From Candidatus Poribacteria bacterium (GTDB lineage Bacteria > Poribacteria > WGA-4E > WGA-3G): a DNA stretch of 64,000 bases. Shown here piece by piece: positions 40,384-51,147 of this stretch. Within the stretch, counting starts at the first letter, position 1. Each line of letters opens with the position of its first letter. A program made the translations under genes and the position numbers. The stretch lies in assembly GCA_964291315.2 (NCBI GenBank), contig OZ219753.1, forward strand, positions 1,984,001 through 2,048,000, given 5' to 3'. Under the pieces are notes generated by a model. It saw nothing but the letters and a program-made list of their open reading frames with translations, did not search any database and was not told where the DNA came from.

Positions 40384-42816
40384 CTAAGCCACAACAGGAC
40401 GGATGATCAACTTTATCTTCGTCCCCTTAGGCGGGATCACGTCGGTGTTGACACGGTAGGTTCGGTCATCGCTGCCAGTCGATAACGAATGATTAAAAAG
40501 AGAATCAGGATCACGGTAAACTGCAACAATGTTATGGTAGATTTGCGCTGTGAATTGGTTGTTGCGCAGCCGGCCACCATTGAAAATCCAAGGAGTCTCT
40601 TGCATCGGTTGTTCTGTAAAACTATTCCATATCAATTCTCTTGCCGGACGTGAAACGACTTCGGCACCACGATTCCATTCCACCCAGATTTCAACAGGCG
40701 AACCCATAGGAAGACGAGGATCGCCTACAGCCTCAAGATTCATACCCGCTTCATAATCCAACGCAGCAAGGGCTGCGAATATATGGAGCGGTTCTGCATC
40801 AATGATTAAAATACTCTCATGCGTTTTCCCAAGCTTGCCGCACGCAAAAAACTCAACATTAATATCTGATCCTATAATGTTAATTTCACCTGGAACTGTT
40901 ACTTCACGCTTACTCGCATCAAAAACCACATTCCCGAGCTGATAAATGTTTTCACTAAGTTCATGAGGGTCTACTAACTCTGTATCTGTGGCTGCAATAG
41001 ATTGTGAGTAGACAGTAAGTTTTTCCGAAGCAATATTATCCGTTTCATCCGTATCCATAATATCTATGCGGGCTCTAAGTTCTATTTCGCCCTCTGTTAT
41101 AGGCACCCAATCAGCTGAGACAACAGTCTCTCCCAGCCTTGGAGTCCAAAGCACTTCAGTAGTAGCAACTCTCTCCTCCTGAACATAGAACTCTATATTT
41201 AAATTTCCGTCGAAGGGCGCCCCATTGTTCCGAAGCGTTGCACTCAGGCGAACGGGTTCGCCGACGCGCGGAGAAGGCGGGGAAAACCGGAGACTCCGTG
41301 GCATAATACCAATGTTTGGCTTTGTTGGACCCACCAATGCATGACTTAGAGTCATCACGGCAAAACAGGTGGATAAAAAATCGCTCTCAGAGCCACGCCA
41401 CCTTCCATCAGATTCTTGTTGCGCCACCATCATTTGGGCAAACTTATTATACCAACTGTAACCAGCAAGTGTGTCTAAAGTAGGAGGGATATCACAGAAA
41501 CGCTGCAACGAAAGTAGATAGTAGTAAAGCCAAGAATTAGAACCCGGATTCCGCGTTAAAGTCCAATGCTTTTTCACCCATCCGATGCCTTTCCGAATCT
41601 GAGGGTCATCGATGGGGACACCACATGCACGGAGAGCCCACAGCCCCGTCGCAGTCATACTTCCATAGACACCGATTGCCCACGGAGAACCTGCGTCAAC
41701 TAAGTTATACAGCCACCCTCCTGTTTCCGTTTGATTCCTACGAATCCACTGTTCCGCGCGTGCCCACGTATCTGGCGGAATATCAAGTCCCCACTGCTTT
41801 GCAGCATACAGAGCATAGATAACCATGTTCATGTGCGCACCATCAGCCGAATAACCGTATCCCCAACCGCCGTTGTCCCGTTCATCAGCAAACTCACTAC
41901 CCTTAATAGGAAGTTGCTTTTTAACTAACTGATTAACGGCAAATTGGACACGATCCTTATAAGTACTATCTTGAGTAGCAACTAATACTGGAACAACTAC
42001 CGCAAATTGGTAAACATCAAATTCGTTCCAATTCCGCCCAAGTAGAAATTCTAAGCCTTTCTGGACTGACATGTCTAACGCGGTGTGTCCAGTCGCGAAT
42101 AGAGACTGCAATGCTAAGGAGGTCTCTTGCGTCTGATCCTCTCCGAAATTCCAAGAGGTTCCTGGAATAAAATTTTCAGCTAACCCTTTTAGACTCGCAC
42201 CGCAAGTGATGCAGTTTAGGATAATCTGAATTTCAGAGCCACATTGTAAACAGGTGCGACTATGCTTTCCTTGTTGTGCCTTTATCCAAGTGATCGCCTT
42301 CGTGATCGCCCCTTGAATCTGCTCCGGCGTAACAGGAGGAAATGTCCGTTTTTCTGCGACAAGCGTTGCATGTGCAATGTTATTTGTTGCATCTGTTTCC
42401 TCAATATGTTTAGCACCAGTCGGGTTAACAACCGCATAAATCTCCGTCCTACCCGGTGGAGGCTGCCACTGGGTCTCTACCTGTCCGATTTTGCCCGGTT
42501 TTAATTCCAAAATCACATCTTTACAGAGAATTTGGAGCGGGTGCGTCACTGGATCCCCCTCATAAAGGTCAACGACCAGATCCTCATTCATTGTCGGAGT
42601 CCCATTACCGATATTCTTTATCTCAACCGAGATAGTGATCTCTTCACCTTCAACCGGGTTGGAATTGGAAAAGGTAATACTATCCGCATCGACATAAAAA
42701 TCGGGGAGCTGCGCAAACCCAGCTGTAGCAAACAACCCAACAATAACTCCGATTATTAATCCGAAGTGTAGGCTTGGAAAACCTACACGCTCTGCCAAAA
42801 GCTGGAGTCTAATCAT
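40384..42816 (-). CDS. secreted multidomain protein: CARDB, prenyltransferase-like alpha/alpha barrel, CARDB, YdjY-like domain
   Basis: V.N.G..IEETD.TNN CARDB motifs x2; GGWGY/GGWLY/Q..DG.W barrel repeats; VEFFAC..GKTHES C-terminal domain. Confidence 0.75.
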   Translation of the reverse strand: MIRLQLLAERVGFPSLHFGLIIGVIVGLFATAGFAQLPDFYVDADSITFSNSNPVEGEEITISVEIKNIGNGTPTMNEDLVVDLYEGDPVTHPLQILCKDVILELKPGKIGQVETQWQPPPGRTEIYAVVNPTGAKHIEETDATNNIAHATLVAEKRTFPPVTPEQIQGAITKAITWIKAQQGKHSRTCLQCGSEIQIILNCITCGASLKGLAENFIPGTSWNFGEDQTQETSLALQSLFATGHTALDMSVQKGLEFLLGRNWNEFDVYQFAVVVPVLVATQDSTYKDRVQFAVNQLVKKQLPIKGSEFADERDNGGWGYGYSADGAHMNMVIYALYAAKQWGLDIPPDTWARAEQWIRRNQTETGGWLYNLVDAGSPWAIGVYGSMTATGLWALRACGVPIDDPQIRKGIGWVKKHWTLTRNPGSNSWLYYYLLSLQRFCDIPPTLDTLAGYSWYNKFAQMMVAQQESDGRWRGSESDFLSTCFAVMTLSHALVGPTKPNIGIMPRSLRFSPPSPRVGEPVRLSATLRNNGAPFDGNLNIEFYVQEERVATTEVLWTPRLGETVVSADWVPITEGEIELRARIDIMDTDETDNIASEKLTVYSQSIAATDTELVDPHELSENIYQLGNVVFDASKREVTVPGEINIIGSDINVEFFACGKLGKTHESILIIDAEPLHIFAALAALDYEAGMNLEAVGDPRLPMGSPVEIWVEWNRGAEVVSRPARELIWNSFTEQPMQETPWIFNGGRLRNNQFTAQIYHNIVAVYRDPDSLFNHSLSTGSDDRTYRVNTDVIPPKGTKIKLIIRPVVA

Positions 42817-42937
42817 AATATGTACCTCATAATCATAATATGTCTATCAGAGTTGTTATAATCATATTCGCGAGCCCTCTAAACAGATTCATATCCATCT
42901 TTCAACGAGGCGGATGTAGCAACTAATGAATCCTGAG

Positions 42938-43867
42938 TTAGTTTCCTGCCCAATAGCCGACGGAAACGGAAGAAGGCTGTCGGATAGGGTTCTTGAACAA
43001 AGCTTGCCCCGCTGAGCTCCATTTACTAATCTCGCCTTGGAAGGTCTCACCGAGTAAGTCCGCGATCCAAATATCATCATCCGCCGGTGAAAGTGCTATT
43101 GCCACGATTGCCATTCCCGCTAAAAACTCATTCTTCCTCGTTCCATCTGATCCCAAATTGATTAACTGAGATTGTTGAGAAACGACCCAAAGACTGCCAT
43201 CTATAGGATTAATACGCGGAGAGGTAGGATTCGGAATATCCGTAATTTCGACGAGTTTCTGACCGCTCGGCGAGACCCGCATGAGGACACTATGCTGACT
43301 ATCGGCGATCCAGGCATTCCCCTCGTAATCAACGCTCACCCCTTTAGGTTCTCCCATCGACGGAGCATCCGCTATCTTGTTTCCAGCAGCATCATAACGT
43401 GCGATCGGGCCTCGCGCGTTGGTTATCCAGGCCGAGCCGTCCTTAGGATTAACCGCCACAGCCGGTTCATGTGCAGGCACTGTGGCAATAACTTGTGTCC
43501 CATCCCCAGATATCTTCTTAACGGCATCAAACCCCGCAATCCATGCCGAGCCATCTACCGGGTTAATAGCTATCTGATTCGGACGTGTGATATCCGGGAC
43601 TTCACCAACCGTGCCACTGTTCGGATCATAGCGATAGACAGTATTCGCCGCCGAAACCGCAATCCAGACCACCCCATCGGCAGGATTCACCTCTGCAGCA
43701 CTCGCTTGTGTTAGGTTCGGAATGACGGTCGGATCTGCTTGTCCATCAGAATACAATTTATAAATCGTATCACCACCACTGACAACCCAACATTCACCGT
43801 TATATTGTCCGTAACTGGTAGCAACTGCTACGCCTAATAAAATTATTACCCAAAACGTCTTTTTCAT
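42938..43867 (-). CDS. secreted NHL/Vgb-like beta-propeller protein
   Basis: signal peptide; repeated P..(I/V)AVNP.DGS.WI units; RBS AAGGAG. Confidence 0.85.
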   Translation of the reverse strand: MKKTFWVIILLGVAVATSYGQYNGECWVVSGGDTIYKLYSDGQADPTVIPNLTQASAAEVNPADGVVWIAVSAANTVYRYDPNSGTVGEVPDITRPNQIAINPVDGSAWIAGFDAVKKISGDGTQVIATVPAHEPAVAVNPKDGSAWITNARGPIARYDAAGNKIADAPSMGEPKGVSVDYEGNAWIADSQHSVLMRVSPSGQKLVEITDIPNPTSPRINPIDGSLWVVSQQSQLINLGSDGTRKNEFLAGMAIVAIALSPADDDIWIADLLGETFQGEISKWSSAGQALFKNPIRQPSSVSVGYWAGN

Positions 43868-44488
43868 GGTTCATAACTCCTTGCTTTATGTGCGCTCTCT
43901 AAGTGCGCGATCTGTGATTCGTAAAAGCGTGCTTATGTGCTGCTCTTCCACTTTTATATCCTAACATAGTTTTCCTCAATTCGCAAGAATTTTGTGGAGA
44001 GATCCGATGCAGCTATTGTGTTTGAAGCGCTAACGCAGTTGAACATCTCACCTTTCTGACGTTTTTCTTGAAGTAATTGAGAAAACCGTTTATACCAATC
44101 TAAGCAAAAAGCACTTATAAATTATTGGACATCCCACCAGTTGTAGATTCCACGCTCATATATCTTCGGAAACCCCGGTTTCCATAATAGGCTTAACCGG
44201 CGGAGCTTCTGTATTCATAAAATCGTCTATCTTTCGCGGAGGAGAACATTGCATACAAGACTCACATTCAACAGCATCTTGACAATAGGCGAAATAATAA
44301 CTGCCACGCTCCTGACACTCACCGTTTTACCTGTTTTGTACTACACCCTCGAATTAAGTTAGCGAGTTTCCATCGACAAACGCCAAAATATTAGGAGCCT
44401 GTAAACTTTTTTGAAACTTTTTCCGTTGAAAAGTGTCTACTAACGTAACTTAATGTAAAACTTATAAAAATTAAGTGAGGGAATCGAG

Positions 44489-45220
44489 ATGAAACGCTTA
44501 CATTTCTACTGTCTAACTCTTGTGGTAGTACTCCTATTTGTTGGAATCAGTATGGTCAGCATAGCTGAAGTAGCTGTCTTACAAGTAGAAATTTCGGATG
44601 TCGTCAGCAACAGAGATGCCTATCAGATTCGACGATTATTAAAACCATGGGCTGATGCAGAGGACATTGTCTTTGAAATACCGGTTGATAAAAATGGAAG
44701 AAAAAGACTATTCACCACTCTTGTGAAGATCAAACCCAGACAAGGTCCCTCTAAATACAGCGAAACGCATACGTTTGATGTCTATGACATCATGCGCCAG
44801 CTTAACGACTCACGTTTCCGAGGCAGACATGGACTTGGATCTTCCCGCGTTCTAAAAAGTGAAGCGACCATCCGCGGAGACCTCTTTGCACATCCCGGCT
44901 TCGCCCGGAGTTACCTCCGAAACGTCCCATCGTGGAGACGCTGGCGACCAGACACCTCCAATATCCATCACGCTATGACTGTCGGGGATAAAAAACAGAA
45001 GTTTGTTTTCAGTAAGAATCCTGAATTCGATCAACTGCGGATCGACGCAGCGAATAATGACAAACCTGTTGAGGTACACGGCGTAATTGCTGGATTTGAT
45101 GGACCCTATCCGATCGTGTCAGTACACAAGTATAAGGTAGGCTATCACCTCAACAGAGGTACACCCAAAAGTGGGGCAAACGGAAAACCGACTTATGACT
45201 ACCTTATCGAGGAAAATTAA
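44489..45220 (+). CDS. hypothetical exported protein
   Basis: RBS GAGGG; signal peptide; no family recognised. Confidence 0.75.
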   Translation: MKRLHFYCLTLVVVLLFVGISMVSIAEVAVLQVEISDVVSNRDAYQIRRLLKPWADAEDIVFEIPVDKNGRKRLFTTLVKIKPRQGPSKYSETHTFDVYDIMRQLNDSRFRGRHGLGSSRVLKSEATIRGDLFAHPGFARSYLRNVPSWRRWRPDTSNIHHAMTVGDKKQKFVFSKNPEFDQLRIDAANNDKPVEVHGVIAGFDGPYPIVSVHKYKVGYHLNRGTPKSGANGKPTYDYLIEEN

Positions 45221-45247
45221 GAATGAGATATTAGTTCTCAATGCTTG

Positions 45248-46408
45248 CTAGGCCTGATATCCACCTGTGTTAAATAGCACAACACGCTCGGAAGGAGCAA
45301 TCATCCCCTTTGAGGTGAGTTGTTCGAGTGCCGCAACCGTTGCTGCCCCTTCAGGGCATGTTAAGAGTCCTTCAGTTGTTGGAAGCAGTTGCATTGCCTC
45401 ACGGATAGCTTCGTCCGTGACGGCAATCGCGGCACCATTGCTCTTACGAACGGCCTCCAAAATCAGGAAATCTCCAATCGCCTGTGGCACGCGTAAACCG
45501 TTCGCAACGGTTTGAGCATCGCGCCAAGGAGCTGCTTCGGCGGCACCTTCCTCCCACGCTCTAACAATCGGGGCACAGCCTGTTGACTGCACTGAGATAA
45601 TACGAGGCCTCTTCTCGTTGATCCAACCAATGGCCTCTAATTCTGAAAAACCCTTCCACATCCCTATAATTCCGGTGCCACCCCCGGTAGGATAGATAAT
45701 CACATCCGGCAACTCCCAATTGAACTGCTCAGCGAGCTCAAACCCCATTGTTTTCTTCCCTTCTACCCGGTAAGGTTCCTTAAGAGTCGATACGTCAAAC
45801 CACCCTTCTTGGTTCTTACGTTCTGCCACAATTCGACCCGCATCAGTAATTAAGCCATCAATCAGTGTCACTTTGGCACCTGCAAGTTGACACGTCCACT
45901 TATTGAATGCAGGAGTATCTTGGGGCATGAAGATATGGGCAGTCATTCCCGCGGCAGCAGCGTAAGCCGCAAGAGCGGTTGCCGCGTTACCTGCTGAAGG
46001 GATTGCCAACGCTCTGAGTCCGAGCGATTTCGCTTTGGATACCGCCATCGCTAAACCGCGAGCTTTAAAACTACCGGTGGGCAATCTCGATTCATCCTTC
46101 ACCCAAACTTCTGTGAGGCCAAACGCCGCCCCTAACTTTTTTGCGTAGATGAGCGGAGTCATCGTTTCTCCAAGTGTCACCCTGTCTTCAGGCATTGATA
46201 TAGGCAGAAGCTCCCCGTAACGCCAAAACGAAACCGGGCGGGATAGAAGAGCATCACGCGTCCATGTCGCCGCCAGCTGTTCAAGCGCGTAACGAGCAAA
46301 CAGGGGTTTCCCACAAACGTTACAGACATTCTGTGGCTCAGTGTGTAGATAGATTTCACCACACTTGCTACATTCAAGTCTTTTTAGCGTGTCATCCTGA
46401 ATATTCAT
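45248..46408 (-). CDS. thrC: threonine synthase
   Basis: N-terminal CxxC..CxxC, WRY.ELLP, PTGSFKARG (PLP Lys), SAGNA, EGKKTMG.E, YPTGGG. Confidence 0.88.
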   Translation of the reverse strand: MNIQDDTLKRLECSKCGEIYLHTEPQNVCNVCGKPLFARYALEQLAATWTRDALLSRPVSFWRYGELLPISMPEDRVTLGETMTPLIYAKKLGAAFGLTEVWVKDESRLPTGSFKARGLAMAVSKAKSLGLRALAIPSAGNAATALAAYAAAAGMTAHIFMPQDTPAFNKWTCQLAGAKVTLIDGLITDAGRIVAERKNQEGWFDVSTLKEPYRVEGKKTMGFELAEQFNWELPDVIIYPTGGGTGIIGMWKGFSELEAIGWINEKRPRIISVQSTGCAPIVRAWEEGAAEAAPWRDAQTVANGLRVPQAIGDFLILEAVRKSNGAAIAVTDEAIREAMQLLPTTEGLLTCPEGAATVAALEQLTSKGMIAPSERVVLFNTGGYQA

Positions 46409-46425
46409 CAAACTTCGGCTGCAGA

Positions 46426-47364
46426 TTACGATGCTTCAAGCAATTTGAGGCAGACCGCCTTCATACTATAGAGACGGTTCTCTGATTGATCAAAGATGAT
46501 TGAACGCTCATCATCGAGGAGATCCCCCGAAATTTCATACCCATGATGAGCAGGGAGACAGTGCATAATCCGACATTCATGCCCCTGCAGTAATTCAGCA
46601 TTTAATTGATACGGCATCATCTTTTCCAGTCGACGTTTCCGTTCCTTGGCAAAAGCCGGTTCTATAAAAAATTCCATATCGACCCACGTATCTGTGTAAA
46701 CAATATCACTTTCAGCAAGAACTTTTTCCAACACACCATCAATACCCGGAGCATCGGTGTCAACCTGTTTATAAAGTCCTTTCCGTGAAGCTTCTTCCAA
46801 CAACGCTTTATCAACAGCCGCCGGATTCACCTCCGGCGCAACGACCGTAACTTCAATGCCTACCTTCATGCCAGCAGCAATCAACGAATTGCAAACATTG
46901 TTATGCACACCGATAAAACACAATTTGACCCCTTCCAGTCTGCCAAGGTGTTCTTGTATTGTTATCAGATCCCCGAGGGCTTGGGTCGGGTGGTACCTAT
47001 CACAACAACCGTTAATTACGGGGACGGTTGCAGCAGCTGCCGCCTCAACAAGTTCGCAGTGTTTTACAAAACGGGTTAAGATAATATCAAAATAAGCCGA
47101 GATAACACGCATCTCATCACCAAGATCCGCTAAAATAAAGTTGGTCGTCCGCCAATCAAGATAGTGGGCATGGCCACCGAGTTGCGCCATGCCGATCTCC
47201 GCAGCACATCGTGTTCGCGTGGAGGTCTTTTGGAAAAGCAGGCAAAGACTCTTTCCACTGATAGCATGTCTGTATTTTTCAGGGTGTTTCTTTATTTTTA
47301 GGCTGTTTGCAACCGCCTCAAGAATATCTGTTTCCGACCAGGGTTTCAGTGTAATTAGATGCAT
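46426..47364 (-). CDS. argF: ornithine carbamoyltransferase (DME variant)
   Basis: KTSTRT, HPTQ, HCLP, QSENR; start moved to MHLIT with RBS GGAGG. Confidence 0.85.
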   Translation of the reverse strand: MHLITLKPWSETDILEAVANSLKIKKHPEKYRHAISGKSLCLLFQKTSTRTRCAAEIGMAQLGGHAHYLDWRTTNFILADLGDEMRVISAYFDIILTRFVKHCELVEAAAAATVPVINGCCDRYHPTQALGDLITIQEHLGRLEGVKLCFIGVHNNVCNSLIAAGMKVGIEVTVVAPEVNPAAVDKALLEEASRKGLYKQVDTDAPGIDGVLEKVLAESDIVYTDTWVDMEFFIEPAFAKERKRRLEKMMPYQLNAELLQGHECRIMHCLPAHHGYEISGDLLDDERSIIFDQSENRLYSMKAVCLKLLEAS

Positions 47365-47689
47365 AATTACCCTCCACAGTAGCGTACTTGAAAACCGACC
47401 CGAGAGTGTCGTACTCAGCAAATTAGACAACCACCATCGGGAAAAATAAGAAATTACAATTATACACAAGTTTCCAACATAAGTCAAGCGTTTTTTCTGC
47501 CTTGCTCAAAACCAGTCAAAAACCTATCATCGACAATTGAACGGCGCTGAAACCACCCAACTTTTTACTTGACCTTGCACAAAACACTGTGGTATTATAA
47601 GAAACACTAATGAAATACCAATAAACACCGAGGGAAATCTGTTGTCTATGGAAACCACTACCTAACGTTTTAGCACACGGAGCCGCTCA

Positions 47690-50122
47690 ATGATCTCATT
47701 CAATTACACCTTACGATGTTTCTGTCTGATTTTAATGCTGGCGCTCGTTACATTTACCGCCACCCCCGATGAAAAGGAGATTACCGACTTTTCCCAAAAA
47801 GGCACACTATTTTTAAAACAGTACTGTTTCAGTTGCCACGCCGGGGACCAACCTGCTGCCGCCCTCTCCTTAGATGCATTCACAGATAATTACTCTTTGA
47901 TTAAAAACCGTGATGTCTGGGAACGGGTTCTAGACATGGTAGCAACAGGCCAGATGCCACCATCAGATAGTGAACAGCCCTCAATAGGGACATCAGAATC
48001 GTTTGTTGAACATATTGAATCAATCTTTGAACACAGCGACCGCACAGCGAAACCAGATCCCGGGCGAGTTACAGTCCGCAGACTTAATCGAGTTGAATAT
48101 AAAAATACAGTCCGAGACCTACTCGGTGCCGATTTCAACCCGACCGAAAATTTCCCCGCAGATGATGTCGGACACGGGTTTGATAATATCGGTGATGTGC
48201 TCACTATGTCACCACTCCTAATGGAACGTTACCTTGAAGCCGCAGAGGCAATCGCGACACGCGTCATTTTACTGGACCCACCCCGTCCATCTAAACGGTA
48301 CCAAAGTGGGAATCGGCTAGATCCACGGCACGACAATGTCCCTGATCAACGTTACCGCCTGCTCGACCCAACCGCTATAGAAACGTGGAAATCTGGACCC
48401 TTTACAACCGACGCAAAATATTTTAAGATAGCTCCCGACGCACAAATCGTCTACCGCGCAACGCTTTATGCCGAAACAGACACCGAGACAACCGTGAATG
48501 TCGCCTTATTTATTCAGGGCGACAAATTAAAGAACACAACCCCCGCAAAAAAACTAACACGCTTAGTAGGAGTAGATCCCACGGCAGATAATAACATTAA
48601 GGTTTTGAAAACTTTTGAGATTACCGCCCGCAATAAAGAAAAAAGACAGACAATCGAAGTACTTATTACAAGCATTCCTAATATTGAAAAAGTCGGCATC
48701 GCAATGCTGAAACCAACAGAAGGAGAACCGCATGCCAAACTCCAAATTCGCACCCTCTGGGCAGAAGGTCCATTAGAAACCAGACCCGATTCTCATTTTG
48801 AAATTCTGGCATGTACACCCGGTATCTCCCAACCAGAACAAACCCGGGAAGTGCTAACCCGTCTGCTTCGCCGAGGGTATCGCCGGGTGCCGACTGAAAA
48901 CGAGATAGAACAACTCGTGCGGTTTGTCGCATCAGCCCAAGCCGATGGCACCAGATGGGAGGCAAGCATCCAAGAGGCAATTAAAGTCATACTCTGTTCA
49001 CCCAAATTTCTATTTCGATGGGAACTCAACAATCGTCCGAAAACTTCCGAGCCGTACCCAATTGATGAATTTCAACTCGCCTCACGACTCTCTTACTTCT
49101 TGTGGAGCAGCATGCCAGATGACGAACTCCTTGAACTCGCCGAGAAAAAGCTGCTGACGATCAACTTAGAACCCCAAATTAAACGCATGTTGACAGACCC
49201 AAGAGCATCCGAACTAGGACGCAATTTCGGAAAGCAATGGCTTCAAATTCAACGATTGTCAACCGCTACTCCTGATCTAGAACGATTTCCCACATTCACA
49301 GGTAGCTTGCGCACCGCTATGCTACAAGAAACTGAAATTTTTGTTCAGTCCATCTTCCGTGAAGATCGGAGCCTCCTTGACCTAATTGATGCCGACTACA
49401 CCTTCCTCAACCAAACCTTAGCAAACCACTACGGTATCGCGGATACACAAGGAAACTGGAGAGGACAAAAGAAAACCGTTCCCGGAGGTGAAGCAATCAA
49501 AGGCAGATCTTTCCGACGGGTTAAATTGCAGAGCACCTCGCGCGGCGGGGTACTTAGTCATGCCAGCGTCTTGACGGTGACCTCTAACCCAACACGCACC
49601 TCCCCTGTCAAAAGAGGCCGTTGGGTTCTAGAACAGATACTCGGTAAACCGCCACCACCGCCACCACCAGAGGTACCGGAACTGGAAGAAGGGGAGGAAG
49701 TTCACGGGAGCACCCTGCGAGAGCGCCTTGAGCAGCACCGAGCAGACCCGGCTTGCGCCAACTGCCACGCAAAAATGGACCCCATCGGGTTCGCACTCGA
49801 AAACTACAATGCAATCGGGGCTTTTCGATGGAAAAATGACGAACTAGATATTGATACAACAGCAGAATTGCCAGACGGAACAGTATTGGAAGGCATAGCA
49901 GACCTCAAAGAAGTCATTAAAAACAGAAAACTGCAATTCCTACGCTGTTTAACCGAGAAAATGTTAACCTATGCTCTAGGCAGAGGATTGGAATATTACG
50001 ATCGACCGACTGTTGAACACATCGTCGCACAACTCGAAGCCAGAAACTATAGGAGTTCGATCCTCATCACAGAAATCGCTAAAAGTGATCCGTTCCGGTT
50101 GCAACGCACCACAGAGGACTAG
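47690..50122 (+). CDS. DUF1592/1588/1587/1585/1595 planctomycete-type cytochrome c domain protein
   Basis: CFSCH..MPP, RRLNR.EY.NTVRDLLG, LASRLSYFLWSSMPD, TSPVKRG.W, CANCH, YALGRGL. Confidence 0.93.
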   Translation: MISFNYTLRCFCLILMLALVTFTATPDEKEITDFSQKGTLFLKQYCFSCHAGDQPAAALSLDAFTDNYSLIKNRDVWERVLDMVATGQMPPSDSEQPSIGTSESFVEHIESIFEHSDRTAKPDPGRVTVRRLNRVEYKNTVRDLLGADFNPTENFPADDVGHGFDNIGDVLTMSPLLMERYLEAAEAIATRVILLDPPRPSKRYQSGNRLDPRHDNVPDQRYRLLDPTAIETWKSGPFTTDAKYFKIAPDAQIVYRATLYAETDTETTVNVALFIQGDKLKNTTPAKKLTRLVGVDPTADNNIKVLKTFEITARNKEKRQTIEVLITSIPNIEKVGIAMLKPTEGEPHAKLQIRTLWAEGPLETRPDSHFEILACTPGISQPEQTREVLTRLLRRGYRRVPTENEIEQLVRFVASAQADGTRWEASIQEAIKVILCSPKFLFRWELNNRPKTSEPYPIDEFQLASRLSYFLWSSMPDDELLELAEKKLLTINLEPQIKRMLTDPRASELGRNFGKQWLQIQRLSTATPDLERFPTFTGSLRTAMLQETEIFVQSIFREDRSLLDLIDADYTFLNQTLANHYGIADTQGNWRGQKKTVPGGEAIKGRSFRRVKLQSTSRGGVLSHASVLTVTSNPTRTSPVKRGRWVLEQILGKPPPPPPPEVPELEEGEEVHGSTLRERLEQHRADPACANCHAKMDPIGFALENYNAIGAFRWKNDELDIDTTAELPDGTVLEGIADLKEVIKNRKLQFLRCLTEKMLTYALGRGLEYYDRPTVEHIVAQLEARNYRSSILITEIAKSDPFRLQRTTED

Positions 50123-50124
50123 CT

Positions 50125-51147
50125 ATGATACGAATTATGAAAAGTATAATTCTCCTGATTATCATAATTCTCCAATCCAGTTGCTATGCATCCGGTTATC
50201 AAACGGTAAACGAAAACCCTATCTTACAGTTGGAGGAAAAATACGCCGTCTACTTAGATTATACATGGACCGCAAAACATGCAGAGACACTCCTACGAGT
50301 CTTCAAATCCATATCTCCATGGACGCAACTACATTTTTCTCAATGGCACATCAGCAACAGTGACTTAGATAGTGGTATCAAGATAGAATTTAAAGATAAG
50401 TTAAAATTCGTTACGATTAGTAGAAATATCCTTCCAGTTGAGGGGGCTCAAAAAGTATCATCACCAAGCAAGCACCTTTATTATGCAGTCTTTGAGTTCA
50501 TAACAGATAATGGTACAAACAAACCTATGATAGAATTCATTTTGAAAAAACGGTATGGTATAGAGGTCCCCTCTTACGGTTTATTAAGCAACGGGTTGGC
50601 AGCTCCAACAGAAAAGCGTTATTCAGACTTTGAAAATGAAGATCTGATGCTAATTATATCAGTGCTTGAAGAATTTCCACAAGCATTTCATAAAACAGCA
50701 CAATTAAAGTATATAGTGCGTAGAATAGACAATCATAATAGGGGAATAAGTCAGGCGATAATAGGCGGTAATCGTATAGAATTTGCGGAATCTATCTTTG
50801 GTCGCCACAATTTTAATGACACCCGTCGCGTAATTGCACACGAAAAATCCCATTTTTTATGGGCTTACGTTTTTAATCAGCAAATTAAAACAGATTGGAC
50901 GAAACTTGGAGGCTGGCATCAAGATTCAAATAGTGAATCAGGTTGGTCAACCACTAAAAAGCGATCAGAGTTTGTATCAGATTACGCTTATGAAGTAAAC
51001 CCAAACGAGGATATGGCGGAAAGTATCGCACATTACATTGTAGATCCCGATAAACTTCGTTACTGTTCTCCTAACAAATATAAATTTATTCATGAACAGA
51101 TTATGCTTATGTATGGGGAACGTTACGCCCCATCTAATCTCATGTAG
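50125..51147 (+). CDS. AT-rich secreted putative zinc metallopeptidase
   Basis: signal peptide; AHEKSH (HExxH), FVSDYA...PNEDMAES. Confidence 0.7.
   Translation: MIRIMKSIILLIIIILQSSCYASGYQTVNENPILQLEEKYAVYLDYTWTAKHAETLLRVFKSISPWTQLHFSQWHISNSDLDSGIKIEFKDKLKFVTISRNILPVEGAQKVSSPSKHLYYAVFEFITDNGTNKPMIEFILKKRYGIEVPSYGLLSNGLAAPTEKRYSDFENEDLMLIISVLEEFPQAFHKTAQLKYIVRRIDNHNRGISQAIIGGNRIEFAESIFGRHNFNDTRRVIAHEKSHFLWAYVFNQQIKTDWTKLGGWHQDSNSESGWSTTKKRSEFVSDYAYEVNPNEDMAESIAHYIVDPDKLRYCSPNKYKFIHEQIMLMYGERYAPSNLM

Noticed and set aside
40384-42816. Squalene-hopene or sterol cyclase
   Set aside because: Single barrel without DxDD/DCTAE, exported and flanked by CARDB domains.
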